Shown here: positions 28,317 through 37,353 of the stretch, one piece after another
Numbering within the stretch: the stretch's first letter is position 1
Layout: every line of letters starts with the position of its first letter
NCBI GenBank assembly: GCA_963752525.1
Contig: CAVVYS010000025.1
Span: 4,868 to 68,867, forward strand
Source of the DNA: an uncultured Bacteroidaceae bacterium
Lineage (GTDB): Bacteria > Bacteroidota > Bacteroidia > Bacteroidales > SM23-62
Direction of reading: 5' to 3'
DNA length: 64,000 bases
Notes under the pieces: generated by a model
Database searches by the model: none
Told to the model about the DNA's origin: nothing
What the model saw: the letters and a program-made list of their open reading frames with translations, nothing else
Program-made: the position numbers and the translations under genes

Positions 28317-29552
28317 ATGAAAAAATTGATTCTGTCATTTTTTCTGCTTGGTTCAGCCATCCCGGGATTCGGACAGCAGGAACTATCCGTGGAGCAATCG
28401 GCGAGACTGATTGCAGATCAGGTTATCACAGATAACAAAAGGGGATTTATTGATAAAGAAACAGGGCAGGTATATGCCCGGACTAACCCCTTGCAAAAGG
28501 GCCTGGATGTTCAGCTTCTTCACCGGTATTCTCACTTTTATTATCACAATGGTGTGATCAATATTGCCATGGCAGATCTGGGCGATGTGCTGAATGATCA
28601 GAAGTACATTGATTACACGATTAATACGGTTGATTTCATCTTTGAAAACGCCGGTTATTTCGAAGAAGGGGCGGAAAAGGTAAATAAATGGCATGCTCCC
28701 TTCGGACAGTTCTTTATACGGGAGGAACTGGATGATTGCGGAGCCATGGGCGCAAGCATCATGGATGCCTATTTTCACAGGAAAAATAAAACTTACACTC
28801 CCTACCTGGAAAAGGCTGCCGGGTTTATCATGGAAGAGATGAGCAGGCTGGAAGATGGCACATTTGCCCGGAACAGGCCTGTTCCAATGACCATTTGGGC
28901 AGATGACCTGTACATGAGTGTTCCCTTCCTTGCACGAATGGGAAAATTTAGTGGTGAAAGGAAATATTTCGATGAGGCTGTCCGGCAGGTCAAAAAATTC
29001 GACGCCTATCTCTGGGACGAAACTACCAACCTGTATTTCCATTGCTGGCACAGTGATGAAAAGAGCAACGGAATTGCCAGGTGGGGAAGGGCCAATGGAT
29101 GGGTATTGATGGCAAAGGTGGAACTGTTGAAGATTCTGCCAGATGATCATCCTGAAAGAGATGTAGTCATTCAGAGCCTGGCAAGACAAATCAAGGGAGT
29201 GGCCCGGTACCAGAGCGTTTCGGGCCTATGGCACCAGCTGCTGGACAAGGAAGATTCTTTTCTTGAAACTTCCTGCACCGCCATGTTCAGTTGTGGCACA
29301 GCCTATGCGGTAAACCAGGGATTTATTCCGGAACGGTACATAGAAATAGCCTTCAAAGGATGGGAAGGGATTACCGATAGGATACATACCTACAACAAGG
29401 TTTCCGTTGCCGGTATATGCAGTGGGACAGGTATTGGGTATAACCTTGCGTATTATTATAACCGGGAAACCAATCCAAATGATGTGGGATTCGGTACCGT
29501 GATCTCCGCAGCTGCCGAAATCATCCGTTACCAATCCCGAAAAGAGAAGTGA
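28317..29552 (+). CDS. GH105/GH88-family unsaturated rhamnogalacturonyl/glucuronyl hydrolase
   Basis: Signal peptide. IWADDLYMSVPFLARMG and WGRANGWVLMAKVELL are YteR-like motifs. 411 aa. Confidence 0.8.
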   Translation: MKKLILSFFLLGSAIPGFGQQELSVEQSARLIADQVITDNKRGFIDKETGQVYARTNPLQKGLDVQLLHRYSHFYYHNGVINIAMADLGDVLNDQKYIDYTINTVDFIFENAGYFEEGAEKVNKWHAPFGQFFIREELDDCGAMGASIMDAYFHRKNKTYTPYLEKAAGFIMEEMSRLEDGTFARNRPVPMTIWADDLYMSVPFLARMGKFSGERKYFDEAVRQVKKFDAYLWDETTNLYFHCWHSDEKSNGIARWGRANGWVLMAKVELLKILPDDHPERDVVIQSLARQIKGVARYQSVSGLWHQLLDKEDSFLETSCTAMFSCGTAYAVNQGFIPERYIEIAFKGWEGITDRIHTYNKVSVAGICSGTGIGYNLAYYYNRETNPNDVGFGTVISAAAEIIRYQSRKEK

Positions 29553-29698
29553 GAATACCCGCTGATGGAAGGAAGATACTAATCGTTTCAAACATGATGT
29601 TTATATTCATTTTTTTAAGATATGGAACCGGAACAATATGCTGAATATATTATCTTGTAAATTCTCATGTTTGAATTTTAAACAAAAAATCAACAATT

Positions 29699-31120
29699 AT
29701 GAAATATAGTGGTAAATTATTGATCCTGGCAGGAGTTCTTGGAATCTTCGCCATACAATCATGCAATGTCGAATCACCAAATGCCAAAGGCGGATTAATG
29801 GTTGGCATTGCTGAAGTGAACTACACACCTGACGTCGGACTGGATATTGTCGGCAACTACCGGGGAGATGATTATGCTTCCAGGGGCATACACGATTCCC
29901 TCTATGCACGGGCTTTTGTTGCCAGGGGCGAAAACGGCGTTGAAGCTGCAGTCCTTACCGTTGATATTGCGGTCTTTAATAAAGAGACGACAAATTATAT
30001 GAGGGAGTATATTGAATCAAAGACCGGAATTGAGAAAAACAACATCATGATCCTTGCCACCCATACCCATAGCGGTCCCAAGTCAGACCTGTCAGCGCCC
30101 AAGGCCAAGGAATATCTCCTGAAGGCAGCGGATGCCGTTGTCAGGGCCCATGAAAACCTGGCCCCATCCGTTCTATATGCAGGTCGCAGCAAAGAAGACA
30201 GGATCTCCCATAACCGCCGGCTAAAAGCCAAAGATGGTACAACTCATATGACCTGGGAAGGTATGGATCCGGATCTGATTGAGGGTTCCTGGGGGACAAA
30301 AGATCCTGAGGTAATTACTTTTACCATAAACCAGGATGGTAAAGATATTGGTTCCATTGTCAATTTCGGTTGTCACGTAACCACCCTGACCGGCAGCAAC
30401 TGGTTATGGTCAGCCGATTTTCCCGGCTACATGGTAGAATGCATCAGAAAAGTCAAAGGTGAGGATTATCTCCCATTGTTTTTCAACGGGCCATGTGGTA
30501 ATGTCACACAAATTGACAATGAGGTTGGATTCCTGGATACTTACCAGGAAGCGCAGCGAATCGGATACCTGTTAGGCGTAGGTGCCCTTGAGGCCATCCA
30601 AAACCAAAGGCCGGTTGAAGGCGGAGATGTTCTTGTTTCTCAGGAGTTTGTACCGCTGAAAAGGATTACCATTACAAATGAGCAGCTTGCCTGGGCCGAG
30701 AAAGTTATGGAAAGGGTCGCAAGGGAAGGCATGCCGCCCATTCAGCAGGATGGCATTCCAGATGAAATGTATGCCCAGAACTGGATAAAAATGCGCGAGA
30801 TTCAGGATCAGGTAGACAGCCTTGAGCTCCAGGTTATCCGTGTCGGAGAATTGGCATTTGTGGGACTGACAGGGGAACCTTTCAATGAGTTCGGTGTGGA
30901 TATCAAGGCAAAATCACCCTCTCCGTTCACCATGGTTATGGGAAATGCCAATGACCGTACCAGGTATTTCCCGACCAGGGTATCTTTTACACAGGGACCC
31001 GAAGGATATACTCCTTATATTACAGGATATGAGACAAATCCCGGATCGACCATATATGAGATCGGTGCGGGGGAGACCATGGCTGCGGCCGCAGTCAAAC
31101 AACTTGAGGACCTGTTTTAA
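29699..31120 (+). CDS. neutral/alkaline ceramidase-like amidohydrolase, lipoprotein (copy 1)
   Basis: Lipobox (AIQSC). GIHDSLYARAFV and ILATHTHSGP match the N-terminal zinc-site motifs of neutral ceramidase-type proteins. 473 aa. Confidence 0.55.
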   Translation: MKYSGKLLILAGVLGIFAIQSCNVESPNAKGGLMVGIAEVNYTPDVGLDIVGNYRGDDYASRGIHDSLYARAFVARGENGVEAAVLTVDIAVFNKETTNYMREYIESKTGIEKNNIMILATHTHSGPKSDLSAPKAKEYLLKAADAVVRAHENLAPSVLYAGRSKEDRISHNRRLKAKDGTTHMTWEGMDPDLIEGSWGTKDPEVITFTINQDGKDIGSIVNFGCHVTTLTGSNWLWSADFPGYMVECIRKVKGEDYLPLFFNGPCGNVTQIDNEVGFLDTYQEAQRIGYLLGVGALEAIQNQRPVEGGDVLVSQEFVPLKRITITNEQLAWAEKVMERVAREGMPPIQQDGIPDEMYAQNWIKMREIQDQVDSLELQVIRVGELAFVGLTGEPFNEFGVDIKAKSPSPFTMVMGNANDRTRYFPTRVSFTQGPEGYTPYITGYETNPGSTIYEIGAGETMAAAAVKQLEDLF

Positions 31121-31121
31121 T

Positions 31122-31493
31122 ATGGCTGATATGATAAGTAAAATAAAATGGGACGATGTCCCCACCGAAGAGGTAACACCGGATATGCATCGCAAGATCA
31201 TCTCAGGTGAGAAACTGATGCTTGCCCGAATGAAATTCAAGGATGGCTTCGTGGTTCCACTGCATACACATGAAAATGAACAAATTACTTCTGTCTACTC
31301 TGGAACCATCCGCTTCTGGTTCGGGGAAAATAAGGAGGAGGAATTGGATGTAAATGCAGGGGAAATTGTGGTCATCCCCCCGAATCTGCCGCATGAGGCC
31401 CTGATGGTAGGAGATGTTGAGGAAATGGACAGCTGGGCACCTCCCCGGCAGGACTGGCTGGACGGTACGGACACTTACCTGAGGAAAGGATAA
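31122..31493 (+). CDS. cupin-domain protein
   Basis: The start is placed at MADMISK, 2 nt after the previous stop. The longer track ORF would overlap the ceramidase-like gene. PLHTHENEQ...GEIVVIPPNLPHEA is a cupin_2 metal motif. 123 aa. Confidence 0.75.
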   Translation: MADMISKIKWDDVPTEEVTPDMHRKIISGEKLMLARMKFKDGFVVPLHTHENEQITSVYSGTIRFWFGENKEEELDVNAGEIVVIPPNLPHEALMVGDVEEMDSWAPPRQDWLDGTDTYLRKG

Positions 31494-31494
31494 G

Positions 31495-31638
31495 ATGGAA
31501 CTGGGTCTGACCAACAAGGTAGCCTTCGTAGCAGCATCCGGACAGGGACTTGGCAAAGCCGTGGCCCTGGAAATGGCCAGTTACATTACAGGATTATCCA
31601 TCGCAGTAGATGGAGGATGGATCAAAAATATTCTATAA
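31495..31638 (+). pseudogene. collapsed short-chain dehydrogenase/reductase (SDR) relic, 47 codons
   Basis: The ATG lies 2 nt after the cupin stop. MELGLTNKVAFVAASGQGLGKAVALEMA is an SDR N-terminal glycine-rich NAD(P) motif. It is joined directly to SYITGLSIAVDGGWIKNIL, an SDR C-terminal signature. The ~200 aa catalytic core between them is missing. Confidence 0.65.
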
Positions 31639-31674
31639 GACAAATTTTGGAAAGATCAATGAAAAATTAACCTC

Positions 31675-32772
31675 ATGATCAGTAAAAATAACTTATTGAT
31701 TAAAAAGGATAATATTCCCGTGAAGGCAAGGTTCCCGGCCATTGATGCACACAATCATATGTGGGACAAGCAGGACCTTGGGCTGGTTGTACAAACCATG
31801 GATACAACCGGAATAGCCTGTTATTGCGATCTGACGGGAAATGCAAACATCCGTCTGGCTGAGGGGGGATATACGGTTGAAACATCATCCATTGCGGATT
31901 TCTTCAAAAGGTCCGAAGGCAAATGGCCGGGAAGATTTTACTGTTTTACGATGGCAGGTTTTGCCAGAAACACAAATGCCCCTTTGTTTAATGACTGTGA
32001 CAGGTTCGTGTCAGAGTGCATTGAAGCCTTGCACAGGGATGTGGAATTGGGTGCCCGGGGACTTAAAGTCCTGAAAGAGCTTGGACTACGATACCGGGAC
32101 GGGAAGGGGAACCTTATCAATGTCGATGATGATCGCCTTTCACCCATCTGGGAAGCCGCTGGCAGATTAAATATCCCCGTCCTGATCCACCAGGCAGATC
32201 CATCCGGCTTTTTTGAACCGGCCAGACCTGAAAATGAACATTATGATTCCCTTCGAAAGTATCCAGACTGGAATTTTTCCGGCCCTGAATTTCCCAAAAA
32301 GGAATTTTTACTAAAACGGAGAGACAAGCTGATCAAGCAGCATCCGGGAACCGTCTTCATTCTGCCCCATGTGGCCAACGCGGCAGAAAACCTTCCTTAT
32401 GTCTCAAAGCTGCTTGAAAAGAATCCCAACGTATACATAGATTTCTCTGCACGGCTGGATGAGATCGGCAGGCAACCATACACCACGAGGGAATTATTCA
32501 TCAAGCACCAGGACAGGATACTTTTTGGAACCGATATGCCGGCAAATCTGGACTCCTCAGTAAAGATGTACCGAACCTACTTCCGTTACCTCGAATCTTA
32601 TGATGAAGCCTTCTATGCTCCGGATTATGATGGAACCTTCAGCAGGGCAAGATGGCCCATCCATGGCATCGGTCTGCCGGATGATGTTCTCAGAAAGATA
32701 TATTACCAGAACATCCTGAAAATAATACCCTCAATCTCAGATCTATATGAAATGAATAAAAATTCCTTTTGA
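31675..32772 (+). CDS. metal-dependent amidohydrolase-superfamily (TIM-barrel) hydrolase
   Basis: FPAIDAHNHMW is an HxH metal motif. VLIHQADP, LPHVANA and FGTDMP are typical of amidohydrolase_2-type proteins. 365 aa, no signal peptide. Confidence 0.65.
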   Translation: MISKNNLLIKKDNIPVKARFPAIDAHNHMWDKQDLGLVVQTMDTTGIACYCDLTGNANIRLAEGGYTVETSSIADFFKRSEGKWPGRFYCFTMAGFARNTNAPLFNDCDRFVSECIEALHRDVELGARGLKVLKELGLRYRDGKGNLINVDDDRLSPIWEAAGRLNIPVLIHQADPSGFFEPARPENEHYDSLRKYPDWNFSGPEFPKKEFLLKRRDKLIKQHPGTVFILPHVANAAENLPYVSKLLEKNPNVYIDFSARLDEIGRQPYTTRELFIKHQDRILFGTDMPANLDSSVKMYRTYFRYLESYDEAFYAPDYDGTFSRARWPIHGIGLPDDVLRKIYYQNILKIIPSISDLYEMNKNSF

Positions 32773-32776
32773 CATC

Positions 32777-34726
32777 TTACATACCACTGAGGTCAAATTC
32801 TTCTCCGATGATCCCCCAGTATTTCATCATATAGATATCCTTGGTGTTCCAGTAACCGTATTTGCCTTGCATGGCTTTTTTGAATTCAGCCAGTAGTTCG
32901 AGCGACGCCTCTTTGTCTTTTTCTGTTGCACCCATGTAGACAGCTGCTTTCTCCACCCACTGAAGTCCATCCCTGAAAAAACTTATTCGTAAAGCAGTTT
33001 TCTCACAAGCGGCAGCCTGATCAGCTTCATCAAGTATCTGTCGGGCTTCGTCCAATATTTCATCCGTATATATATAGGGCAGCGTCTTCCAGTGACCACG
33101 CAATGGGTGTTGAGGTCCGCCAAAATGTTCTCTGCAAACCGTCTCGTAGATCCCGTCCGGGTCCTGCGAAAGCATGCCCCCGGCGGGAATATTGTAGGCA
33201 ACCTCTTTGTGGTAATCTTCCCAGTACTGAAGGTATTTTCTGATGTAAGGTGAAGCGTAACCAAAGGATTCGCAGTATTCACTGATGATGGACTCAGTAT
33301 CCAGATCGGGACGTGCCACCAATCTTGCCACCAGGTAAAAATAGGGACCCTGTGTAGGCCAGTATTCCATCATGGTATCCATATACAACATGACCATTCC
33401 TGCTTCCCTGGCTCTTTCAATATAGCATCCAACCTGCCTGAGCGGAAGATTGGGTCCACAGGCTCCCATATGCCACCAGTTGGGCCTGAGGCCAATCTCC
33501 CCTGCACCGGCTTTCTGCCAGGATTCCCAGAACGAGAAATCCATGCCGTGAACAATTACTCCGACAATCCCTTCCTCCAGCTTCAGCGTCTTCGGCGGAT
33601 TACGGTAAGCCGAATAGAAATAAACTCCGATTTTCACATTCGGATTCTTTTCCCGCATCCTGGTAATCAGCTGGTTCCAGAACCAAACATAGCGATCGGT
33701 AAGAACAACATGACCCGGCCGGTTCCATATCTCTTCCCTGCTATAAACCACTCCTCCATATTCAAGGTCCAGGTCCCTGCAACCATCGCAGGTACAAAAA
33801 CCATTCCCGTCGTTGGGTGTGACATCCCAGAAATCGGGCATGCCGGCTGCTTCCCAATCCCTGATAATCTGCCCGGCTACATCCGGATTACTGATGCACA
33901 GCTTAAAGCGGTCTTCCCGGTTGTTGTAAAGCGCCGCAATACCATCCGTGTTTTTAGCAAGGTATTCGGGATGGCTTTTCTCAAATCTATTGAACCAGTT
34001 CCCGTTATCCTGGCCTTCCCGGTATGAATGCCGGAACTTATATGGAATTCGAAGTCCGGATACCTGATGATGGGCCACCCACTGCAGCAGTTCCGGTCCC
34101 GGATCAATCAGGTTAAAAGTCCTGCGTCCGATGGGTTGCTGGAACCTGATATCCAGCCTAGGAAATTGTATATCCTGTTGTTCTGGTGTATAAGTACCAA
34201 GTTCCCCCGGCCAAAGCCACCTGACTCCAACATACCGGTCTAGCAAATAGGAAAATGCCCAGGAAGTAACCCTTGAATCAAGTTCTTTGGTTGAATTGGT
34301 GATCTTCTGATCCTCTCCTGAATTTATGATATCCTTGGCCAACACGATGATGTCATTGCCCTTTGAGGTGATTTGAAACTCTTCGGGCAGCAGGTTTTCA
34401 CCAGTATATCCAAGGGTGGATGTCAGCGCCGAGGGGCCAAGAATAATCCGTACATATTTGCCCGGGACACCTTCCAGTTCATCTTCGGATACCAACTCAA
34501 TGTTTGCACCACTGACCTTTTTAATGCTTGTCCGAAAATCATCCAGGGCAATCTGTTGAAGTTGACCCAGATCCCGTGGAACAACCAGGACAGCATTGGA
34601 TTTACCGTCCTGGACAATGAAATGCTCACCTTCCTGTCTTGAACAGGATACAAGGAGGCTGATCATGATGGACCAATAGAAGATCCCGTTGATCGCCCCT
34701 TTTTTGAAGCTGGATTTTCTTAGCAT
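32777..34726 (-). CDS. DUF4838-like exported lipoprotein (GH20-related fold suspected)
   Basis: 649 aa with a lipobox (LLVSCS). A Cys cluster (GNGFCTCDGC) and overall size match my recollection of DUF4838. The assignment is from memory only. Confidence 0.45.
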   Translation of the reverse strand: MLRKSSFKKGAINGIFYWSIMISLLVSCSRQEGEHFIVQDGKSNAVLVVPRDLGQLQQIALDDFRTSIKKVSGANIELVSEDELEGVPGKYVRIILGPSALTSTLGYTGENLLPEEFQITSKGNDIIVLAKDIINSGEDQKITNSTKELDSRVTSWAFSYLLDRYVGVRWLWPGELGTYTPEQQDIQFPRLDIRFQQPIGRRTFNLIDPGPELLQWVAHHQVSGLRIPYKFRHSYREGQDNGNWFNRFEKSHPEYLAKNTDGIAALYNNREDRFKLCISNPDVAGQIIRDWEAAGMPDFWDVTPNDGNGFCTCDGCRDLDLEYGGVVYSREEIWNRPGHVVLTDRYVWFWNQLITRMREKNPNVKIGVYFYSAYRNPPKTLKLEEGIVGVIVHGMDFSFWESWQKAGAGEIGLRPNWWHMGACGPNLPLRQVGCYIERAREAGMVMLYMDTMMEYWPTQGPYFYLVARLVARPDLDTESIISEYCESFGYASPYIRKYLQYWEDYHKEVAYNIPAGGMLSQDPDGIYETVCREHFGGPQHPLRGHWKTLPYIYTDEILDEARQILDEADQAAACEKTALRISFFRDGLQWVEKAAVYMGATEKDKEASLELLAEFKKAMQGKYGYWNTKDIYMMKYWGIIGEEFDLSGM

Positions 34727-34744
34727 AATCTTACATTTTGCGGA

Positions 34745-35689
34745 TCACTCTATGGATTTGGCCATGCGGAAACCAATATAGTCACTGTCACCAGGACCGG
34801 TGCCACTGCTGCTGGGAGGAAGATACCAGCTCCTGAAAGCACAGGAGACTTTAGGGTCATCCCAGCAACCACCTTTAACCACATGGTATTTACCAGTATA
34901 ATCAAAGGTTTTTGTAGCCCCGGGGTATGATTTCGCCCATCCGGCAGTCCACTCATAGGCATTGCCTATCATATCCAAACAGCCATATGGACTGGCGCCC
35001 TCCGGATAGCTTCCTACCGGGGCACTCTGGTTCACCTTAAAACCTCCGCCTGCCGGGTTGTGGTCAAGGGGATTATTGCTCTTCTCAGGATCCCAGGTAT
35101 CTCCATAGGGATAAAGGTTTGACCGAGAACCGGTCCACCTGGCAGCCTTCTCATATTCCGCCTCTGTAGGCAGTCTGCCACCCGCCCATTTACAATAAGC
35201 TTCGGCTTCGTAGTAGGTAACCCCTATAACGGGATGGTTTTCGGTCTGAATAAACCGGGGGTGGCCATAATTATGTCCTATCCACTCCTGTTCCTCCTCC
35301 CAATGGTCCGGAGCATTCCTTTTCACTTCTTGTTCAGGCCGCTCAGCATATTTTACCCTTCCATACATACCTGCATGCACAATGACATCCCCCTGGCTCC
35401 ATACCCAGCCTTCCGGGGACCAGTATTGCGGGTTTTCATATCCCCCCGCATCAATAAATTTGCGGTATTCCCCCCGGGTTACCTCGTATTTGCCGATTTG
35501 ATAGGCAGGAAGATAAACCGGATGGGCCGGTGTTTCTTCCCAGCTGCCACTGTCATTGCCCATGATAAACCATCCGGAGGGAATGCTTATCATCTCGCCC
35601 GGTTCTACCTGTGCGTTTACCCCTGCCTGAAAGAACAGTATGAAACAAACTACAGCTAAAAATCCTTTACGTTTATTTTTATTTTTCAC
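34745..35689 (-). CDS. formylglycine-generating-enzyme (SUMF1/FGE-sulfatase domain) family protein, exported
   Basis: Signal peptide. YEVTRGEYRKF, RLPTEAEYEKAAR, PVGSYPEGASPYGCLDMIGNAYEWT and VVKGGCW are FGE-domain hallmarks. Confidence 0.8.
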   Translation of the reverse strand: MKNKNKRKGFLAVVCFILFFQAGVNAQVEPGEMISIPSGWFIMGNDSGSWEETPAHPVYLPAYQIGKYEVTRGEYRKFIDAGGYENPQYWSPEGWVWSQGDVIVHAGMYGRVKYAERPEQEVKRNAPDHWEEEQEWIGHNYGHPRFIQTENHPVIGVTYYEAEAYCKWAGGRLPTEAEYEKAARWTGSRSNLYPYGDTWDPEKSNNPLDHNPAGGGFKVNQSAPVGSYPEGASPYGCLDMIGNAYEWTAGWAKSYPGATKTFDYTGKYHVVKGGCWDDPKVSCAFRSWYLPPSSSGTGPGDSDYIGFRMAKSIE

Positions 35690-35699
35690 GGCTTATAAT

Positions 35700-37346
35700 T
35701 TATTTTTTAATGACAAACATCCGGTTTCTTTTTACAGAAGTAGCCTTGTATACCGTTCCTCCGCATGGCATACTCACACGCACATCGACCTTCTTGTTAT
35801 TGGGAAGTCCGAAATAAGCAATGGCCTCATATCCGCTGCTGTATCCATTAGAAACGGTAATGATTCGGCTGGCAATAAGTCCCTCAGCCTTGCCCAGCAT
35901 CCCCTTTTGATAGATATCAACACGGGCATCAATGCCATTGCGGTTGGGAGCATTTTCCAGTTCAAGTTTTACAGCAAGGTAATTGCCGGCCCCTGGTGTA
36001 ACATTTTTCAACAGGGGCGAGACGAAGGCAGGTTCCCATTCTGGAGCGATTATATCAAGCCTTCCATCACGGTCATAATCCGCCAGGGGACCAGCCGCCC
36101 AGTATCCAATCCCTCCGTCAAAGCCAGATGACAAAGGTCTTTCAAAACGAGGTATTCCGTCAGAGGCTCCAAGGTTCCGGTAAACAAAAGCATCACAACT
36201 GGTGGCTAAAATATCCACCCAGCCATCATTATCCAGGTCCTGCAGCTGTAAATGGGGAGTCCTGGTAGGTGGTGGTGGAACCCCTGCCTCTAAGGTGATA
36301 TTTCGAAGCACAGGATCCCCATTTCCATCATTGCCTTCATTCAGGAATACGTACATTGACCGCTCAATGGACTCACCAAGTGGAAAATGATCACTCATGA
36401 CCATGTCCATATCCCCGTCATTATCCAGGTCACCAATATCTGCTCCACAGGTCCAGAACCCACCAGATGAGCTTCCTGGCATCATGTATTCGGGTTTTAT
36501 CATGTTGTACTGCTTTTCCCGGAATGTACCATCCCCGTTATTAATGAACATTCTGCAGCTGTGGGCAAAAAATACATCCGGCCAAAGGTCTCCGTTAATA
36601 TCACCTACCCAGCCTCCGATGCCCCAGAAACCTTTCCGGTAACCACTGGGAAAACCGGCAGCAGCAGTGGCATCCCTGAATACCAGGTTACCGGTATTTT
36701 TCATCAGCCTGGAATGCCCGCCCGAAACATCATCTCGCACGTAATCTTCCTGCATGAAAATGTCCAGCAGCCCATCTCCGTCATAATCAAAAACAAAAGT
36801 ATTCCTTCCTGTGAAAGGCCATCCAAAATCCAGTCCTGAATTTTTTGTTACATCGGTGAAGGATCCGTTACCATCATTTTCAAACAGGAAGTTCCCTGTC
36901 CTGTACTGTTCTTTCTGGCCTTCATAAGAATTATGAGATACCACCAGGTCCAGATCCCCGTCATTATCGAAATCTGCAAAGGCTGCTCCGGAATTCCTGC
37001 CATACTGGTTAATGGGACTGTCCAAAACCTCAGTAAAGGTGCCGTCACCATTATTGAGCAAAAGCTTATCCGGTTCCGGTTTTGCCGGATGTCCACGTTT
37101 GGCATAACTGGTATCTGGTCGTCCACTGAAAGTACCGTAAAACAGGTCAGGATAGCCATTGCCATCCACATCCCCCCAGGCAGCTCCATGTCCCTTCATA
37201 CCCTTCAGGGGTTCTATTAATCCAGCCTTTTCTGTCACGTCTTCAAAACGGATCTGTGAATGTAAGGAGAGTGGTAGCAGGTAAATCAGGATCAGTAAGC
37301 TTGATATTTTTACCGTTACAACATCAATGTTATTTGAATTATGCAT
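35700..37346 (-). CDS. FG-GAP/VCBS + ASPIC/UnbV (CRTAC1-like) propeller, paralogue 3
   Basis: The start is moved to the ATG at 37346 (MHNSNN..., followed by a hydrophobic leader). The 614-aa track ORF would overlap the upstream gene by about 190 nt. Same loop and tail architecture as paralogues 4 and 5. Confidence 0.8.
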   Translation of the reverse strand: MHNSNNIDVVTVKISSLLILIYLLPLSLHSQIRFEDVTEKAGLIEPLKGMKGHGAAWGDVDGNGYPDLFYGTFSGRPDTSYAKRGHPAKPEPDKLLLNNGDGTFTEVLDSPINQYGRNSGAAFADFDNDGDLDLVVSHNSYEGQKEQYRTGNFLFENDGNGSFTDVTKNSGLDFGWPFTGRNTFVFDYDGDGLLDIFMQEDYVRDDVSGGHSRLMKNTGNLVFRDATAAAGFPSGYRKGFWGIGGWVGDINGDLWPDVFFAHSCRMFINNGDGTFREKQYNMIKPEYMMPGSSSGGFWTCGADIGDLDNDGDMDMVMSDHFPLGESIERSMYVFLNEGNDGNGDPVLRNITLEAGVPPPPTRTPHLQLQDLDNDGWVDILATSCDAFVYRNLGASDGIPRFERPLSSGFDGGIGYWAAGPLADYDRDGRLDIIAPEWEPAFVSPLLKNVTPGAGNYLAVKLELENAPNRNGIDARVDIYQKGMLGKAEGLIASRIITVSNGYSSGYEAIAYFGLPNNKKVDVRVSMPCGGTVYKATSVKRNRMFVIKK

Positions 37347-37353
37347 TTGTTCC

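Noticed and set aside
30885-31493. The 202-aa ORF that extends the cupin gene upstream.
   Set aside because: The extension overlaps the ceramidase-like gene in another frame and has no motif content. The ATG at 31122, 2 nt after that gene's stop, gives a standard 123-aa cupin.
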